This document shows, in pieces, positions 12,735 through 26,259 of a DNA stretch of 64,000 nucleotides (its first letter is position 1; each line of letters opens with the position of its first letter). The notes under the pieces were generated by a model. The model was given only the letters and a program-made list of their open reading frames with translations. It had not been told where the DNA came from and did not search any database. This stretch comes from Podarcis melisellensis (lineage: Eukaryota): the NCBI GenBank assembly GCA_964234715.1, contig OZ174285.1; one strand, written 5' to 3'. Position numbers and translations under genes: made by a program.

Positions 12735-13288
12735 CTGAAAAACAAAATCAATAGACTATGTTAATCAGAACTGTCACCCACAGTATTTTGTTGTTGTTGT
12801 TTAAATAGCCCAAAGATCAGTTTAGTTGTTTCTTGAAGATGCTGCAAACTCTATAATTTAACTCAAGCACTATCTCTTAAAGTCAAAGTTCTTAGGGCTG
12901 GCAGGGAAGGTCAAAGCAGGCTATTCTACCTGGGAGTCAGAGTTTGCAGCCTCCTAGTGGTCCTAAGGCCAGAGGCCAATGTCATTCCCTGTTGCTCTGC
13001 AGTTTCCGGACAACTCGCATCAATGTTCACAAAGACATATCCCTCACCTGATCACTGTAGTATGATGTGATCACTTGCCTTTGTGACATCACAGATCAAG
13101 CACTACAGACAAAACATCACTAGCACCTCACATCACTTCAGACACAATGCTTTTCATCTGAATCACTTAATACATTCTGCTGAATCTGTTAATACATGTA
13201 AACCACAAAATGCTGAGTGCTCAAGTAATAAGCATGCATGTACAGATGATCCCTTATTTGCTGTTTCTCCATTGTGACCTGATGTTAC

Positions 13289-13388
13289 CTTGAGTTCTAA
13301 CGTTGTACAGAATCACTTGATATTCTTCTTTTTCTTCAGGAATATGGTCATCCAACAAGTGAACATAAAATGTTGCATTCAGTGATCC
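13289..13388 (-). CDS. ADGRV1: ADGRV1 exon ~36 (100 nt)
   Basis: Manual translation GSLNATFYVHLLDDHIPEEKEEYQVILYNVRTQ. Confidence 0.94.
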
Positions 13389-13739
13389 CTGTTATTTAAG
13401 GGAGAAACCAGTGAACCACTATGCAATAGACAACTGAGTACTATAAACAGTTAAGACATCTTCAGTTCCTTTACAGAAGACCACAGCCCCGTATCTCCTG
13501 TAGCTGTTTTACCACAAGCCAGAACTGATACCTCAGCAACTTGCACAGCACAAGTGGGAACTTTTTTTTACTTTCAAGGGCCACAAACCGTTGGGGATAA
13601 TCTGTCAGGCACACGTACTGCTGCTGGAAGCAGCCAGAGCTAACAGTAGGGTGGAGCAACTCCATTTTCTCTTTCTCCCTTTCTCCCAGCAGACTTCCTG
13701 CTTGGAGAGGGAGAGGTCACTGTTACAAGGGCTCTAAAC

Positions 13740-14062
13740 CAGGGGTCAGCAACCTTTTTCAGCCATAGGCCGGTCCACCATCCCTCAGACCATGTGGTGG
13801 GACTATATATTTTTGGGGGGGGGGGATGAATGCCCTATCCTATGCCCCACAAATAACCCAGAGATGCATTTTAAACAAAAGCACACCTTCTACTCATGTA
13901 AAAACACCAGGCAGGCCCCACAAAGAACCCAGAGGTGCATTTTAAATAAAAGGACACATTCTACTTATGTGAAAACAGGCTGATTCCCAGACCCTCCGTG
14001 GGCCAGATTTAGAAGGCGATTGGGCTGCATCTGGCCCACGGGCCTTAGGTTGCCTACCCCTG
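13740..14062. mobile_element. hAT (Charlie-like) MITE
   Basis: TIRs CAGGGGTCAGCAACCT / AGGTTGCCTACCCCTG; perfect 8-bp TSD CTCTAAAC; internal ~70-nt tandem duplication. Confidence 0.92.
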
Positions 14063-14352
14063 CTCTAAACTGACTGCTTACAGAAGGCTTTCTCCCTCTC
14101 CTCCTTTCTTTACTCCATCCATTTCAGTTCCCTGCCCCTCCTTCTTCTCTCTCTGGACTCCCATCCACATGCAACCATAGGCTCTCCAACCCTAGTGAAC
14201 AGCATTCAGTGGAAATAGAACTTGACTCTGGATAAAGAGCTTTGCACTGGATTTCTAAGACAGTAAAGTAGGCAATTTGATAAGGAAAGAAATCTGCTGT
14301 GCTTAATTGCAGCCATTCATACTTCCTCTTTATGTATTCATTTTGTAGTTAC

Positions 14353-14483
14353 CTCCCAAAAAAAGAGCATGCCAGAAACATTTTCAAAATTATGTTCCAA
14401 GTGGGGCCCAACAATTTTCCAATCAACAGTGACATTCCCTGCTCCTGGGGCAGTCCTTAGGACATGAAACGACAGCAACTCTC
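14353..14483 (-). CDS. ADGRV1: ADGRV1 exon ~35 (131 nt)
   Basis: Manual translation GELLSFHVLRTAPGAGNVTVDWKIVGPHLEHNFENVSGMLFFWE; GAG|GTAAC donor. Confidence 0.93.
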
Positions 14484-17400
14484 CTAGGAATTAAAGAAAG
14501 CAGAACACAATAGTAACCACAAGGTAAGAGATGCAAATTTTGTGTATAACCCACCCGGAACTTCTCCTGTACAGTCCCCATTGCTGCAAACAGAAGTTTT
14601 TCAAGTATACCAATGTGCTCTTAAGCAGCTCCAAGTCATTATAATGGCCAATGTGCATGAGAAGTTTTTGGTGAGTTGTTTCCACTGCCGGAATTGCTCT
14701 TAAAAGACCCTGAAGCATGCAAACTGTAAATAAAATAATCACAGTAGCATCCTTAAAAAAACAAAACTATCAGGTATATATAGAAAGCCTTGCTTTAGAC
14801 ACCCTATTAATGAATTCGTTTAGTGAAAAAAGACCCAGATTTGTTGGAATGCTGAATCATGAAAATCTGTCTTCAGAAAGCAGCAGGGAAATATATAAAA
14901 TTCATGCAAAGAATTTAAGTATAAACACAACTGAAAGCAAATCCCAACAGAACATGCAAAAAAAAAATCAGCAAGAGGGAGAAAAATAAACTCCTGTCAA
15001 CTAAAAGAAAAAATAAATGCTGTATGTACTAGCTGTCTCATGTGATTACTTAAAGTAGTTTTTACAAGAAAGATACATATAATGTAACATTGCACTGTAG
15101 TGGAATGTTGCACAATGCATGCAGGAAAATGCTTGTAATTACCTGTAGATTCCATTTATTTCAGTTAAAACTTACATGATAACATCAGTGTTACAATTTT
15201 CTTTGATTTCAGAGGGAAGAGTTCACAAAAAGTTAATCGCTACCTGCGTTTGACATATCATGTGCATAGATATTGCTCATTCATACTTCAGTATGTGAAT
15301 ATAAGTATAGATGTAATGCATACACATCCAATGTACATGTAATACATATAAGACTCGAAGTATATGCCAGGAACATAAGTTTTCTGCACAGCCATGACAG
15401 TGCTTTTGATAGAGTAGTTTTGCTAATAGGACAACATGGGTTAATATGCATTTTAAAAAAAATTCCCCCTCTTCTGATATTGTAAATAATTAGCATCTAT
15501 GTTGAAATAATCAAACAAGTATAACCAATGTGAATAAATAAACCAAGAACTGTATACACTGCAGCGTGCCCAAAAAGTTAATATGCAAAATTTACATTTT
15601 AATTTAAAAAATAAACAATGGTTTTGACTTGCAGAAAACCTATGGCCCTGTCACAATTATGCTGCCTATGTATTACTACTGCATTTTTTTCAGGTGAGCA
15701 AAGTTTCAGTTTGCCAGTACATACAGTATTGCATGGGTCAAAGGAAGGAAAATGTAAATATAGTAGAGAACATTTATTTTACACATTAGATACATAGAGC
15801 ATCCTATTGTGCAAGTGTAATTGTTATGAACTATTTTTATATTATTGAATATGTGTTTTCCCCTGAAACTCTTAAATTCTGTTTTTGTTGCAAATAAAGG
15901 TGGAGGGGACAGTATTCGTCTTTTAAAATTTAACTCAGAGTTATAACCAGGTTGTATATATATGGCTATTCCTTACCCACACTGTGAAAACACATGGGGT
16001 ACTAGGATAGAGCAAACTGAGAATCCAAACTTAGTTGTTATTTTTTAAAGTCAGCTTCCAAGACAGCAGTTCTCACCCTCACTGAAGATGTGACTGAGGG
16101 GGTATAGGAAGGAATGGAAAAGCCTCTCTGGTGATGGAAAGGAGCTTCACTGTGGGGGAATCATGCCTAGCACAAAGGCTCCAAGTATGCTCACAGAAAG
16201 CCCAGGAGGCATAGATCTACTGAAGGCAGTGTTCATGAGGGCAGTAGGTGTGAAACTGGGGGCTGCAAAAGCATTCAGTGGTCTAAGAACTACCAGTTCC
16301 AATGTCTCCTTGTATCCCCATTGTTTGGGGCCCCAAATGACACCAGAGGAAGCATAGGTAGCTTTCTTCATGTTAGAGAAGGGAAAACAAAAACTGTTCT
16401 CTCCTCAGTCCTATTTTGGCCAGAGTGGGCCAACAGCACTCTGGTGGTGGCAGTGTCCCTGCCACGGAAATACACTTAAGATTGTTCTACTTCAGTAGAA
16501 AGACAGGCTAATTGCTGGCAAAGCTTTCAGATTTCAAAACTGAAGGGCAGGAGGGAAGGCTGAACTGGATCTTCACAATAGTTGGGGAATTAGTTTCACT
16601 GCCCTTCTCAATCTCCATAATCTACGCAGACCACAATTTATTTTTTTTGTTTTACTAAAAGTTATTACTGTACTACAATAATTACTTCCAAGCACACATC
16701 TCATGTATAACTGCATAACTGGAAGTGAAAGTAACAAAGGGACAATTTTCAGATTAGATGGTTGTTATTTGCAATATTGCCAGAATATAATATTAAGTCA
16801 CTGTTTTAATCTTGAATGATCAAAGATGGATTGTATGTATTTATCACCAAAATAATAATATAACTATTTTAAAAAAATCAAACTATCAATTCACATCACA
16901 AAGCAACACCTTGTTTAATGTTATCCAGAATTATAAAAGCGTTTGGGAACCTGCACTAGGAATTCTAGGAACTATTTGTAGAGATATCAGCAATAAGCCC
17001 ACGTACAATTTGCATAAATGCAATGCATGTCTTATTCTAACTGTTTGAATTTTTCTTTTCTGCCCAGAGTAGCAGTTTTGGAGGAGAAACAAAATATAAT
17101 CCCCCCCCTGCCTCCACCCCATCCCAATAATATTTTGTACTGTACTGAAATACATTTTATCCTATTTGAGAATTTTGCACCAATATCAAAAAGCAAATTA
17201 AGTTTTACTTAATAAAAGTAAAAAAGTCCACAATAGCAAAATGCACAAATAAGACTCAATATAGTTCAACACACCATTATACCGCACTATTTTATATCAT
17301 TCGTAATAAAACACACTATGATACAGAGTGTAGCTGGCAAATTGTCTAAAAGAAGACTACATCAGATGGTGGTTGAGATCAGATTTCATGTTTACATTCG

Positions 17401-18727
17401 GCCCTTCCGACATTACAAATATGAACAGCATTGGGCACTGTCCAGTCACAGGTGTTTTTACAGACTGAAATTAAAACATGTAATGTCAGGGACAGTCCTC
17501 AATGTGTCTGATGGTGTTTGCATGACAATGAGCATGTCCATGGGTTTTCATATACATGAGATCTAATAAAAAATCAAAGCCTCCACAGGCTACTTCCAGT
17601 CCCTTAATGAAAGCAGTATTGGACCATGGTAACGAGCAGTATCCAATTAATGCATCCTGCCCATGAAAAGATTTCTACATGTGCAATGGGGCTTTCCACT
17701 GTTCAACCTCCTCCTGGCACACATACCCTAAACCACCCCCAAATCAGCTTCAGAGAATAGATTTGTGAACTGAATTGCAGAGTTGGAAGGTATCCCAAGG
17801 GTTACTGAGTGCAACCCCCTTGTGATGCAGGAATCTCAACTTGATCATACATGGCATAACAGAATAGAATGGGAGATAGGGAAGTTCCCACTGAATAAGT
17901 GGAAATCTTGGGGCACATTACTCAGCTCTACTTAAGGTACAACCCGGTGAGTAAGAAAAATGGCCAAGTTAGGTATGCAGTGCAATCATTTGAGGAGTTG
18001 AACATTTTATCTGCTTTTATTACACCAAAGATTGATACCATTGGAAATAGTATTGTGCAATGCAGAATTACAAGGGCACATGTTAAGAATTCCCTCATTC
18101 TAATGGATAAAAGGAGTATGTTTTTGATAGTGTGAAGGAAGGGATTAATATTATTATTATTTTAAAAACTGACATCTACATAATTCCGAAATCATGGCCT
18201 GCAGTCCTCAAAACCATTTCTCGAGAATAGCTCCCTCTGCTTCAGCTGAACTCCTTTAGGATAAACAACCTGAGGATCAAGTCATCACTTGATGATGGAA
18301 TGATGACCTTCATTCCCTCATCAACATGGGTTGATGCTCATCATAACAGGTTAGTGCTGGAAGCAGTGGAAAGCTGAGTCTCTGAGATAGGTGTAAAAAA
18401 CTGAGGAAACCGTAAGTGCAACCAAGATGGCAGATTGGTTGAGTAATAAGGTTAGGTTCTGCCTGTTTCAGGGAGGGAGCACCTTAATGGGCTGGATTTT
18501 CCTAATATGGAAACATGTTGATGACCCCAGCACTAATTAATAAAAATGAAAGCTTGACACCAAAGGAAATGTTTAGCCATTTCAGAACTTTTTGAATATC
18601 TACTGATTATTCTTTTTAAATGAACGTGTCTGGATAAAGCTAAAGTACTCTTAAACTTTAGAACCTGGAAGCTAAATGTTCACTGCGGTCTCTAAATTCT
18701 ATAATAAAAAGTTATTTAGCTCCACAG

Positions 18728-18730
<3 letters not shown>

Positions 18731-18772
<42 letters not shown>
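18731..18772. repeat. (TG)n microsatellite
   Basis: Direct reading. Confidence 0.97.
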
Positions 18773-18774
<2 letters not shown>

Positions 18775-20608
18775 GAAAACATAGTAGGTGGCAAACAGAG
18801 TCCATGAAGGTCACCATGCAGTTTGTGTTAATTCCTTGTGCTCATTGATGGATCTTCTTAGCATGTCAGGTTACAGCTGCTTTGACATGCTCATGAGAGC
18901 CATTAATGTAGGAAAGAAAAGTAAGAAAGCTCAGGCATACAGCAGCACAGAATCAACAATGGTGACCTATGTGGAAACTTCCCAAAAACGGTAATGATGA
19001 CCTTTCACATACAAGAGATATATACATAGATTAGGCAGTTGATATAACAGGGCCTGCAGAACCTTTAGTAAAAGTGCATCTAATGCATGCAGATTTTTGC
19101 TTAACAGTTACTGTCGTTCTTTCCAAGAGAAGGCAGCACTGTATCAGGAAATGCATCAAAAACATGAAAGAGGCATGCAGGCCCCCCATCCACATTTTAA
19201 ATACTAACAAAACAAGATTTGGTCAATTCCAACCATTGCAGGCAGAGAGGGTGTGCAGTTAGGAATGTCAATCTCACATTAGTTTGACTACACATGACTA
19301 ATTTCCACCAGTGGTAACATAATATCACTATTTTTCATTCATATGCTTGACAAGGAATTCTATACATGTCTCCTTAGAAGTAAGTTTGAGTACAATGTAT
19401 GCATGTATAGGATTGGTACACCACCACCTCTGTTTGTATTCCACTGATCAGAGGCACTGGCTGTAGATTTGCTCCCAGGAGTTGGCATGCAGCCAAAAGC
19501 ATAGTAAATTGGAAACAAATCCCATTGACTTAATCCATTGGCTAAAGTGGTCTAGGGTAGCACTGTGAATTCAAGAGATAGTACAAACAGCTAACATAGG
19601 TGTTTATGCTCTGGATGCTGTTACCTTGCCTACCTAATTAGGAATGTTCTTCCTTATGGATTAGAAATACTCCTTTTAAGTATAACAGCAGTTTATAGCT
19701 ACTGCTGTCATTATTGTTAGAAAACAGCCAAGAGTGCCTTAACTGTACTGATTATCCATAATGAAATTAAACAATTCATATACTTAAGGGTCACAGACAG
19801 CTGCAAACAAAAGCCTCTTACAGCAAAAGACCTAGCTACTCAGCACTTCAGCAAAGGAAAGAGATTCCAGACATAGGCATAGCATAGCAACACCATGGCA
19901 GAATGCTTTCTTAACATCAGTGGGAGTCACCTAGAAGCAAAGGTGTTCAGGAAAGAAGTGGGAAAGTCTCACCTGCATTTTAAGGTGCACATTTTTATTG
20001 CAAATAGAAGTCCCTAGTGGGATTGATGATTATCAGAACTGCAGCAGGTAAGGAAGGTGGATTTAGCAATTTTCTCTCCTGTTGCAAGTTCTGAGGAAAA
20101 TGCTTTCTACAAAGAATTCATTCCATTGGCACACACCATGGATTTCCTCCAAATATAAATTATTGTTATTTTTCAGAAAAGTGGTTTTCATCAGGACCAG
20201 AGCAAATAAGGAAAGGGTAAAACTTCCCCTTCCCACCTGTTGTAATCCCAATAATTAACACACATGGCCTGGCATGGCTGCTATTTGCATATTGCAAAAT
20301 GTGCAAATTAAATGCAGAGATATGTTTTGCATCATGTCTAGTTTGACCTTGAATCTCTACAAAATAGTGGACAATGAAATTGTTTCTCCCCTTTCCTCAT
20401 TAGGGATTTTTTAAAAAGTTTATTGCTTGTTTGATTTCTGATGCACTATAGAAATAAATGATATATGTGGCTAAAGACCCTCTCAGAATTTTCTTTTCTC
20501 ATTTTCAACCTATGTGGTAAATCAAAGTGAGCCATTACTGTGAGAAAGCATAGGCAAGTGGATTGATAGCACACAGAGTGAGAGTAGTGAAAATGGAGAG
20601 GAACCCAC

Positions 20609-20818
20609 CTTCATGACCGATAACAGATCTCGAAGATGTCTGAAAGCTAATAATTCCTGCCACATTGTCATTGGCCAGAATAACCACAGTGACCGTATCT
20701 GAGCTGGGTTGAATACGACTGCCACCATCAGTGTGAATCAAACTGATGATAATGCTTTCGTCATCCTCGGGTTCAGAGTCATCTAGAATTGTCAATGTGA
20801 TTGTCTTTTTTGTTTCAC
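20609..20818 (-). CDS. ADGRV1: ADGRV1 exon ~34 (210 nt)
   Basis: GETKKTITLTILDDSEPEDDE...SRSVIGHE. Confidence 0.95.
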
Positions 20819-21324
20819 CTGACAAAAAAAATTGAAAGGCTTTTAGACAATCTGTGCTACCACTGTTTCAGCAGTGATCATCCCAGTGCTTAAAATAAAC
20901 AAACTGAACAGCTTTCTGGGGGGGCTAACATATAAGCAGAGCAAATTCAGTTCATGGTACTATTTAATATGTTTATTTATTTTACCTTTGCTGATTAGTC
21001 ATCCGAGTTGTTTTCTTTTACTCTTCTTGACACAGAGTCCCAACCCAATGAGAGCTTGAGTCATCCAGACTAATCTATTTTATTGCATTTTAAATATACT
21101 GCAAGCTGCCTCAGGGTCTTCAGTAAAAAGACGAGGTATATACATTTCAAACAAATAAATATCTTCATATTGGCCATATCTGCTAATATATACAACCACA
21201 CAAAACTATTTTCTGATCAAAAATGGACTACCTTGCGGATAATAATTAACCGTGACATATGAGCCAGCTGAAATTTTGCAAGGATGAATGCCTTGTTCAC
21301 AATACCAGTTCACCCATGGATATA

Positions 21325-21542
21325 CAGTGGTACCTTAGGTTACAGACGCTTCAGGTTACAGACTCTGCTAACCCAGAAATAGTACCTCGGGTTAAGAACT
21401 TTGCTTCAGGATGAGAACAGAAATCATGTCGCAGCAGAAGCAGGAGGCCCCATTAGCTAAAGTGGTGCTTCAGGTTAAGAACAGTTTCAGGTTAAGAATG
21501 GACCTCCAGAACGAATTAAGTTCTTAACCCGAGGTACCACTG
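21325..21542. mobile_element. Tc1/mariner-type MITE
   Basis: TIRs CAGTGGTACCT / AGGTACCACTG, TA on both sides. Confidence 0.9.
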
Positions 21543-22094
21543 TATTCCATGAAGAAACTGAAATAATATCTCCTGTTTGGGGTGGGGTGTGTGTGATATG
21601 GATTCATTTTGAGATTACACACCTCAGATGACAAATAACCTCTTTATCTGATGGGTTTGCACAATGTTTTATAAACTCATTGAATTTAAACTATGGTTTA
21701 AGAACAAAGAGTGTGTCTGCTCCCTGCTCTGTGTATCACATAGGCTTCGGCCAGGACTGGCCCAAGACTTTTGGCTGCCTGAAGCAAAAGACAAATATGC
21801 CTCCTATATTCCATATAATTGTGATGGGTGTCCTCTGCTGTACCCAAGAAAGCAGCAGGCTACTTTGTGGGGTGTAGGGCAGGCCACATGGCACACACAA
21901 CTCTGTCCTTCGGCACCTCCTTGCCACTCCATGCTCTACAGTATTTGCTGTCTGAGGCAGTTGCAACATTCTACATAATGGCAGGCTCTGGCCTGCCTTC
22001 ACTCAGTGTTGATCTGAAGCTGGCCATAAAGGACAGTGATTGTACAACAGACAGAGCTATTGATTGTTAGAACAACAGTGGGTATGCTCTGGCT

Positions 22095-22280
22095 CCACTG
22101 CTAGAGGCAGCAGTGCTTCTGAATACCAGTTGCTGGAAACCACAGGAGAGGAGAGTGCTCTTTGGCTCAAATCCTGCTTGCTGGTTTCCCACAGGCATCT
22201 GGTTGGCCACTGTGAGAACAGGACAATGGACTAGATGAGCAATTGGCCTGATACTGCAGGCTCTTCTTGTGTTCTTATGT
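22095..22280 (+). mobile_element. Squamate retroposon 3' end (CR1-like tail)
   Basis: GGCCACTGTGAGAACAGG...GGACTAGATG...TTCTTATGT tail; same family as 43960-44135 (opposite strand) and 26735-26875. Confidence 0.7.
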
Positions 22281-22317
22281 ATTGTGCTATTATTATGTAT
22301 CCTCCCAAACCTCTTAC

Positions 22318-23126
22318 CTTCTGCAAAAATCAGGATTTCCCCTTCACCTATGAAATCCACATTTGGGGTAGCTGTGCCACCAGCTATGCTCCACTCCAGT
22401 ATCACCTGTCCCAGACTACCTTCCGTTCTGTGTATCATTAGCTGCACAGTGTTCTGAGGCCATTCATGAACTTCTACATAAAGACCATCCTCTGTTGTAT
22501 TGGGGCTGATGCTGTAGATCACAAACACACCAAAGGCATCTCCGTTCATTAGTATGACCACTGTAGAGGTGTTTGGTTGTCCTATGGTTGGATAATCTTC
22601 AATGCTGGCAGAGATGTTCAGCAGCTCAACCCTTAACAGAGAAATGACAAACTTCTCGTCCACTTCTGGAAAATCATCAGGAAGTATGGTAACTGTGAGA
22701 TTTGCAAACTCTGCTCCTTCGGCCATTATCACCCACTGCCTTGTAACAGATTCATAGTCACTACCTGCAATTGCTTGTGTACTAAAAAGAGAGGATACGG
22801 TGGTAAGGTTTTTCTTGTACGTCCAGAATCCTGACTTGTTGGTTACTGGGCCATCCCAAGTTGCCACCCAAATGCATGCAGGAATTCCAACGGCATTGGA
22901 CGAGGTGAAGGCTGAACATGCTGGCTCTTTCAGGCATAGAGTTGCACAATTGTACAATGAGTCATTAGTTGAAACATTCACTTTGGTCATCTCAATTGTG
23001 TCTGGAATTCCTTGCACAGCAGCTTCATAGTAGGACAGCACATCCAGGCCTTCGGCTACTGCCAGAGCTACAACATCAATTTCAGAAGTGCTGTAGAAAA
23101 TCTGCAACCGCCCAAATCTTCCACCA
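22318..23126 (-). CDS. ADGRV1: ADGRV1 exon ~33 (809 nt)
   Basis: GGRFGRLQIFYSTSEID...CATLCLKEPACSAF...GEILIFAE; GTAG acceptor, G|GTAAG donor. Confidence 0.96.
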
Positions 23127-23627
23127 CTACAAATTGTGATAAGCAAGGAGGTTATGTTAATTGTGACAGTTTCTCTAGTTACAATATTTATAAATAAGAA
23201 AAAAAATGCAAAAATATTCATCATTTAAATACAACTTTTAAAACTATCACCACTCTCATTTATTTTAAAATGCCACATCAACCCTGAAAACTGGGAAAGC
23301 AAGAAGTGGCAATGGGATGAGAGAATGAAAGTGTGAAGAACAAGCTTATAGCGTGTATCATTTTCACGTCTAAATCCTAAGTCCTTTATGTTGACTTCTC
23401 CTGGTGAGTAAGCAAATGTTGGAACAAGCAAACCTGTTCCTGCTGCCTGCTTAGGCTGGAAGTCTTTCCTCTGTGACCTCCTTCATTTAAGAGCTTCCCT
23501 TAGTCTTCCCAATTCTTATCAACTGCATCTCACACATTTCAGTTTAAACAGATGTAAGATCATAAGAGCCACTATTGGTCTCAGTCTTAAATCCACTTTC
23601 CCCCATGTGCTCACTTATTTTATAAAG

Positions 23628-23760
23628 CAGTGCTTTTCCCCCTTAAAAATGTTTAGGAGTATTCTCATTTCCCTACTCCTATTGAAATAATGCCCTTCAA
23701 TGAGGCCAAACTTAGATTCATAAAATGTTTAGGGGTATGCGTACCCCTTGGGAAAAATAT
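23628..23760. mobile_element. Degraded hAT-like MITE
   Basis: CAGTGCTTTT terminus, repeated AAAAATGTTTAGG(A/G)GTA units; far end degenerate. Confidence 0.5.
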
Positions 23761-23885
23761 AGTATACCACTTGTTGTTGTTGTTGTTAATAGGTTTTTTT
23801 ACAAGCAAACCTAACAATACAATAGCGGGAGAACACAGAATAATTCACAGTCAGTACACTTAAAAGACCAAGGTATTAAACAGAC

Positions 23886-24067
23886 CTTCTCTTCACTGTT
23901 ATGTTTGCAACTGAACTCCTCTCCAGTGGCTCTTGAATTCGGTACAAGTTTTGGTGAAAGGCAACTGTGCCGTATGGCTTATCGTTGGCAGGAATTATCA
24001 CATTTGCCACTCCATCTGGTCCAATAGTACCTCCATTGGAAGCCTGAATTAATTCCACTCTGATAAC
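23886..24067 (-). CDS. ADGRV1: ADGRV1 exon ~32 (182 nt)
   Basis: VIRVELIQASNGG...ANITVKR; AG|GTCTG donor. Confidence 0.94.
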
Positions 24068-24783
24068 CTACAAAGCATGTTAGATTGTCATTGAAACAAC
24101 TTGATGGTGGGAAAAAATGTCTAGTTTGAGCCAGATGATAAACAAGTATTGGAAAACTCCCCCCCCAAAAAAGTATCCTAATTTTAGGCTATTGTGCTGC
24201 TTATTAGAAATGCAGTATAAACAAAAGCAAGCAACTCAATTCAGCTTTCAGTATTCATGATGAGTAACACATGCTACAGCAGTTACCAAATTACCTATCC
24301 TTTTATTGTTTAGTGTAGCAAAATTAAGAAACCAGTATTCCTACTGGTACTAGAAACAGATATCATTCAAAATCATTAGAAATACCACTTATAGCAATAT
24401 GAGAACAGAGCAGTATGATTTATCTAAAGTTATCTAAAGTCTAGGCCACTAGAGGGAGATTGCTAGGTACCACCACATGAGTTTCCTCAGTGTCAGGAGT
24501 GAACCAGCAATAAATCACACTGTGCAGGTTGGAATTAACTCTTTATCAGCAAAAACACGTTTTGCACAGGAATGCCAGACCTAATGGACACAGCCAATCA
24601 TCTCTGGTAAGTCTTGCCCCCATGAAGCAGTTGCTGAGACTGAAGGTCCCCCCTCCCCACAGCTGCTTAAGTTGCCTCCTGTCCAGGGTTTCCCCCAAGC
24701 AATCAGAGACATAACACACCACTTACAAAACAACAGAAATCATGAATGTTTCTGGTCATGTGTTGTATGGCTGCTGAACTCAC

Positions 24784-25028
24784 CTCTTCAATTTCTGGAT
24801 CATCATCAGCCACGATATCCAGTGTCAAGTTCTTCATGGTTTCTCCAGGTGAAAATGGAATATTACCCGAGAAGACCAGCAAATCACTGGCAGCAGGTTG
24901 CCCATTAATGCTGGCTATCCATTGAACAGTCACATTGCCCAGTGTTCCAGCATTACGAATGACTGGAAGATCTATCCTCACTGTGTCAGATTCAGGCTCT
25001 TCAACTGTGATTTCTGTGATCTGGAAGA
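24784..25028 (-). CDS. ADGRV1: ADGRV1 exon ~31 (245 nt)
   Basis: VFQITEITVEEPE...VADDDPEIEE; GAG|GTGAG donor. Confidence 0.95.
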
Positions 25029-25613
25029 CTAGCAAAGTTTTTATTCCTTCCTTCCTTCAAATGTCTTGTAGGATAAGGTTGCTTTTTAATACATATTTTA
25101 TTGTAAGAGACATTTATGAAATAGAATGCTAATAAGTAGTGGGTGTAGCAAGCCACCACATAGGATCACACTGGATGAATTTCCATGAAAAGGCAATCAT
25201 TTTTACTTCATTTGAGAACAGTCATCGCCACATTTAATATCACCTAATCCCTGCACTGGTGGGTCTTGCTACTCCCTATTCCTTTTTGCTTTCTTTCCAT
25301 ATCTTTGTGGCAGAAAGTTTATGTCACTGGCTGGTCTTCTCTGATGTCTCCCAACTTCACTGAATACACAGGGGATCAGTTTAAGCCTTAGAATTTGAAA
25401 GTCCCTGGGAGTCCTGCGTAAAATGGAACCCACTAATCTACAGCAGAACATCATGGGGGTTCAAAGGAACCTTGTGGTTTTAAGACTGGTGTAGTATTTA
25501 ACTTTTCATTGAAGAGTGTCTTGCAACAGAAACTGCTTGTTAAATCAGCAAATGGCCACTGTGACATTTGCCACTCAAAGGATAGAAGAATAGGTTTAAG
25601 AGCTTCATCTTAC

Positions 25614-25829
25614 CAAAAGATCCAAATGGATCATCAGAGGCCTCAATGGTTATAATTGCCTGAGTTAGGCTCCCAAGCAATGCTCCTCCTGTTGTTTCAT
25701 TGAGCAGCTGCACAAGGAAGGACTCTTCAACTTCAGGGTTGATATCATTGATTATATAAATTGGCACAGCTTTGCTGGTCTCCCCTTCTAGAAGGACAAC
25801 ATCTGATGAGGCTATGCTGTAATCTTCCC
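25614..25829 (-). CDS. ADGRV1: ADGRV1 exon ~30 (216 nt)
   Basis: GEDYSIASSDVVLLEGETSK...EASDDPFGSF. Confidence 0.95.
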
Positions 25830-26043
25830 CTACATAAATAGAAATGACAAAGATGCTTAAGCAATATTGGAAGCAAATGTCTACTAGCTGTACTTGACTC
25901 ATGATTCAAAGTTACTATTTCTTCTCATTGCTGAGAAGTTAAATGAAAAGCTGAGTGTGATCCATATTCCTGCTGTTTGTTAGAAAACTACATAGATCAG
26001 TACATCTTTTGCCTTATGGCTGATTTTTTTCTCTCACACCCAC

Positions 26044-26259
26044 CTGCAATTGCTGTTATTGGCACTGCTTTAAATTTCACTGAAACATCTGCAAAAATCC
26101 CCCCAGTTCTTGTGACATTGATGATTGGTCCGATGTAATTTTCAGCAACTCGTACAGCTGGTGCCGACAGCTGTAACGTTCCAAAAGCATCATCATTGGC
26201 ATTGATAATTATGTGAGCAATGGTATCCCCTTTAGCTCCAAGGCGAGGAGAATCTGAAA
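26044..26259 (-). CDS. ADGRV1: ADGRV1 exon ~29 (216 nt)
   Basis: ISDSPRLGAKGDTIAHIIINANDDAFG...VPITAIA. Confidence 0.93.

Noticed and set aside
15143-15243. Cryptic exon with AG/GT boundaries in intron 34
   Set aside because: 101 nt (frameshifting) and a poor pyrimidine tract.
13389-20608. Apparent loss of exon 35 and other exons absent from the ORF track
   Set aside because: Exon 35 was found manually at 14353-14483; exons 13, 16, 18, 25, 26, 36, 40-42 and 47 are also present and in frame.
21752-21995. hAT MITE
   Set aside because: TIR-like ends are present but the putative TSD matches only 4 of 8 positions; too degraded to call.
22067-23224. 385-aa ORF as a standalone gene
   Set aside because: It is ADGRV1 exon 33 plus intronic read-through on both sides, including an antisense retroposon fragment.
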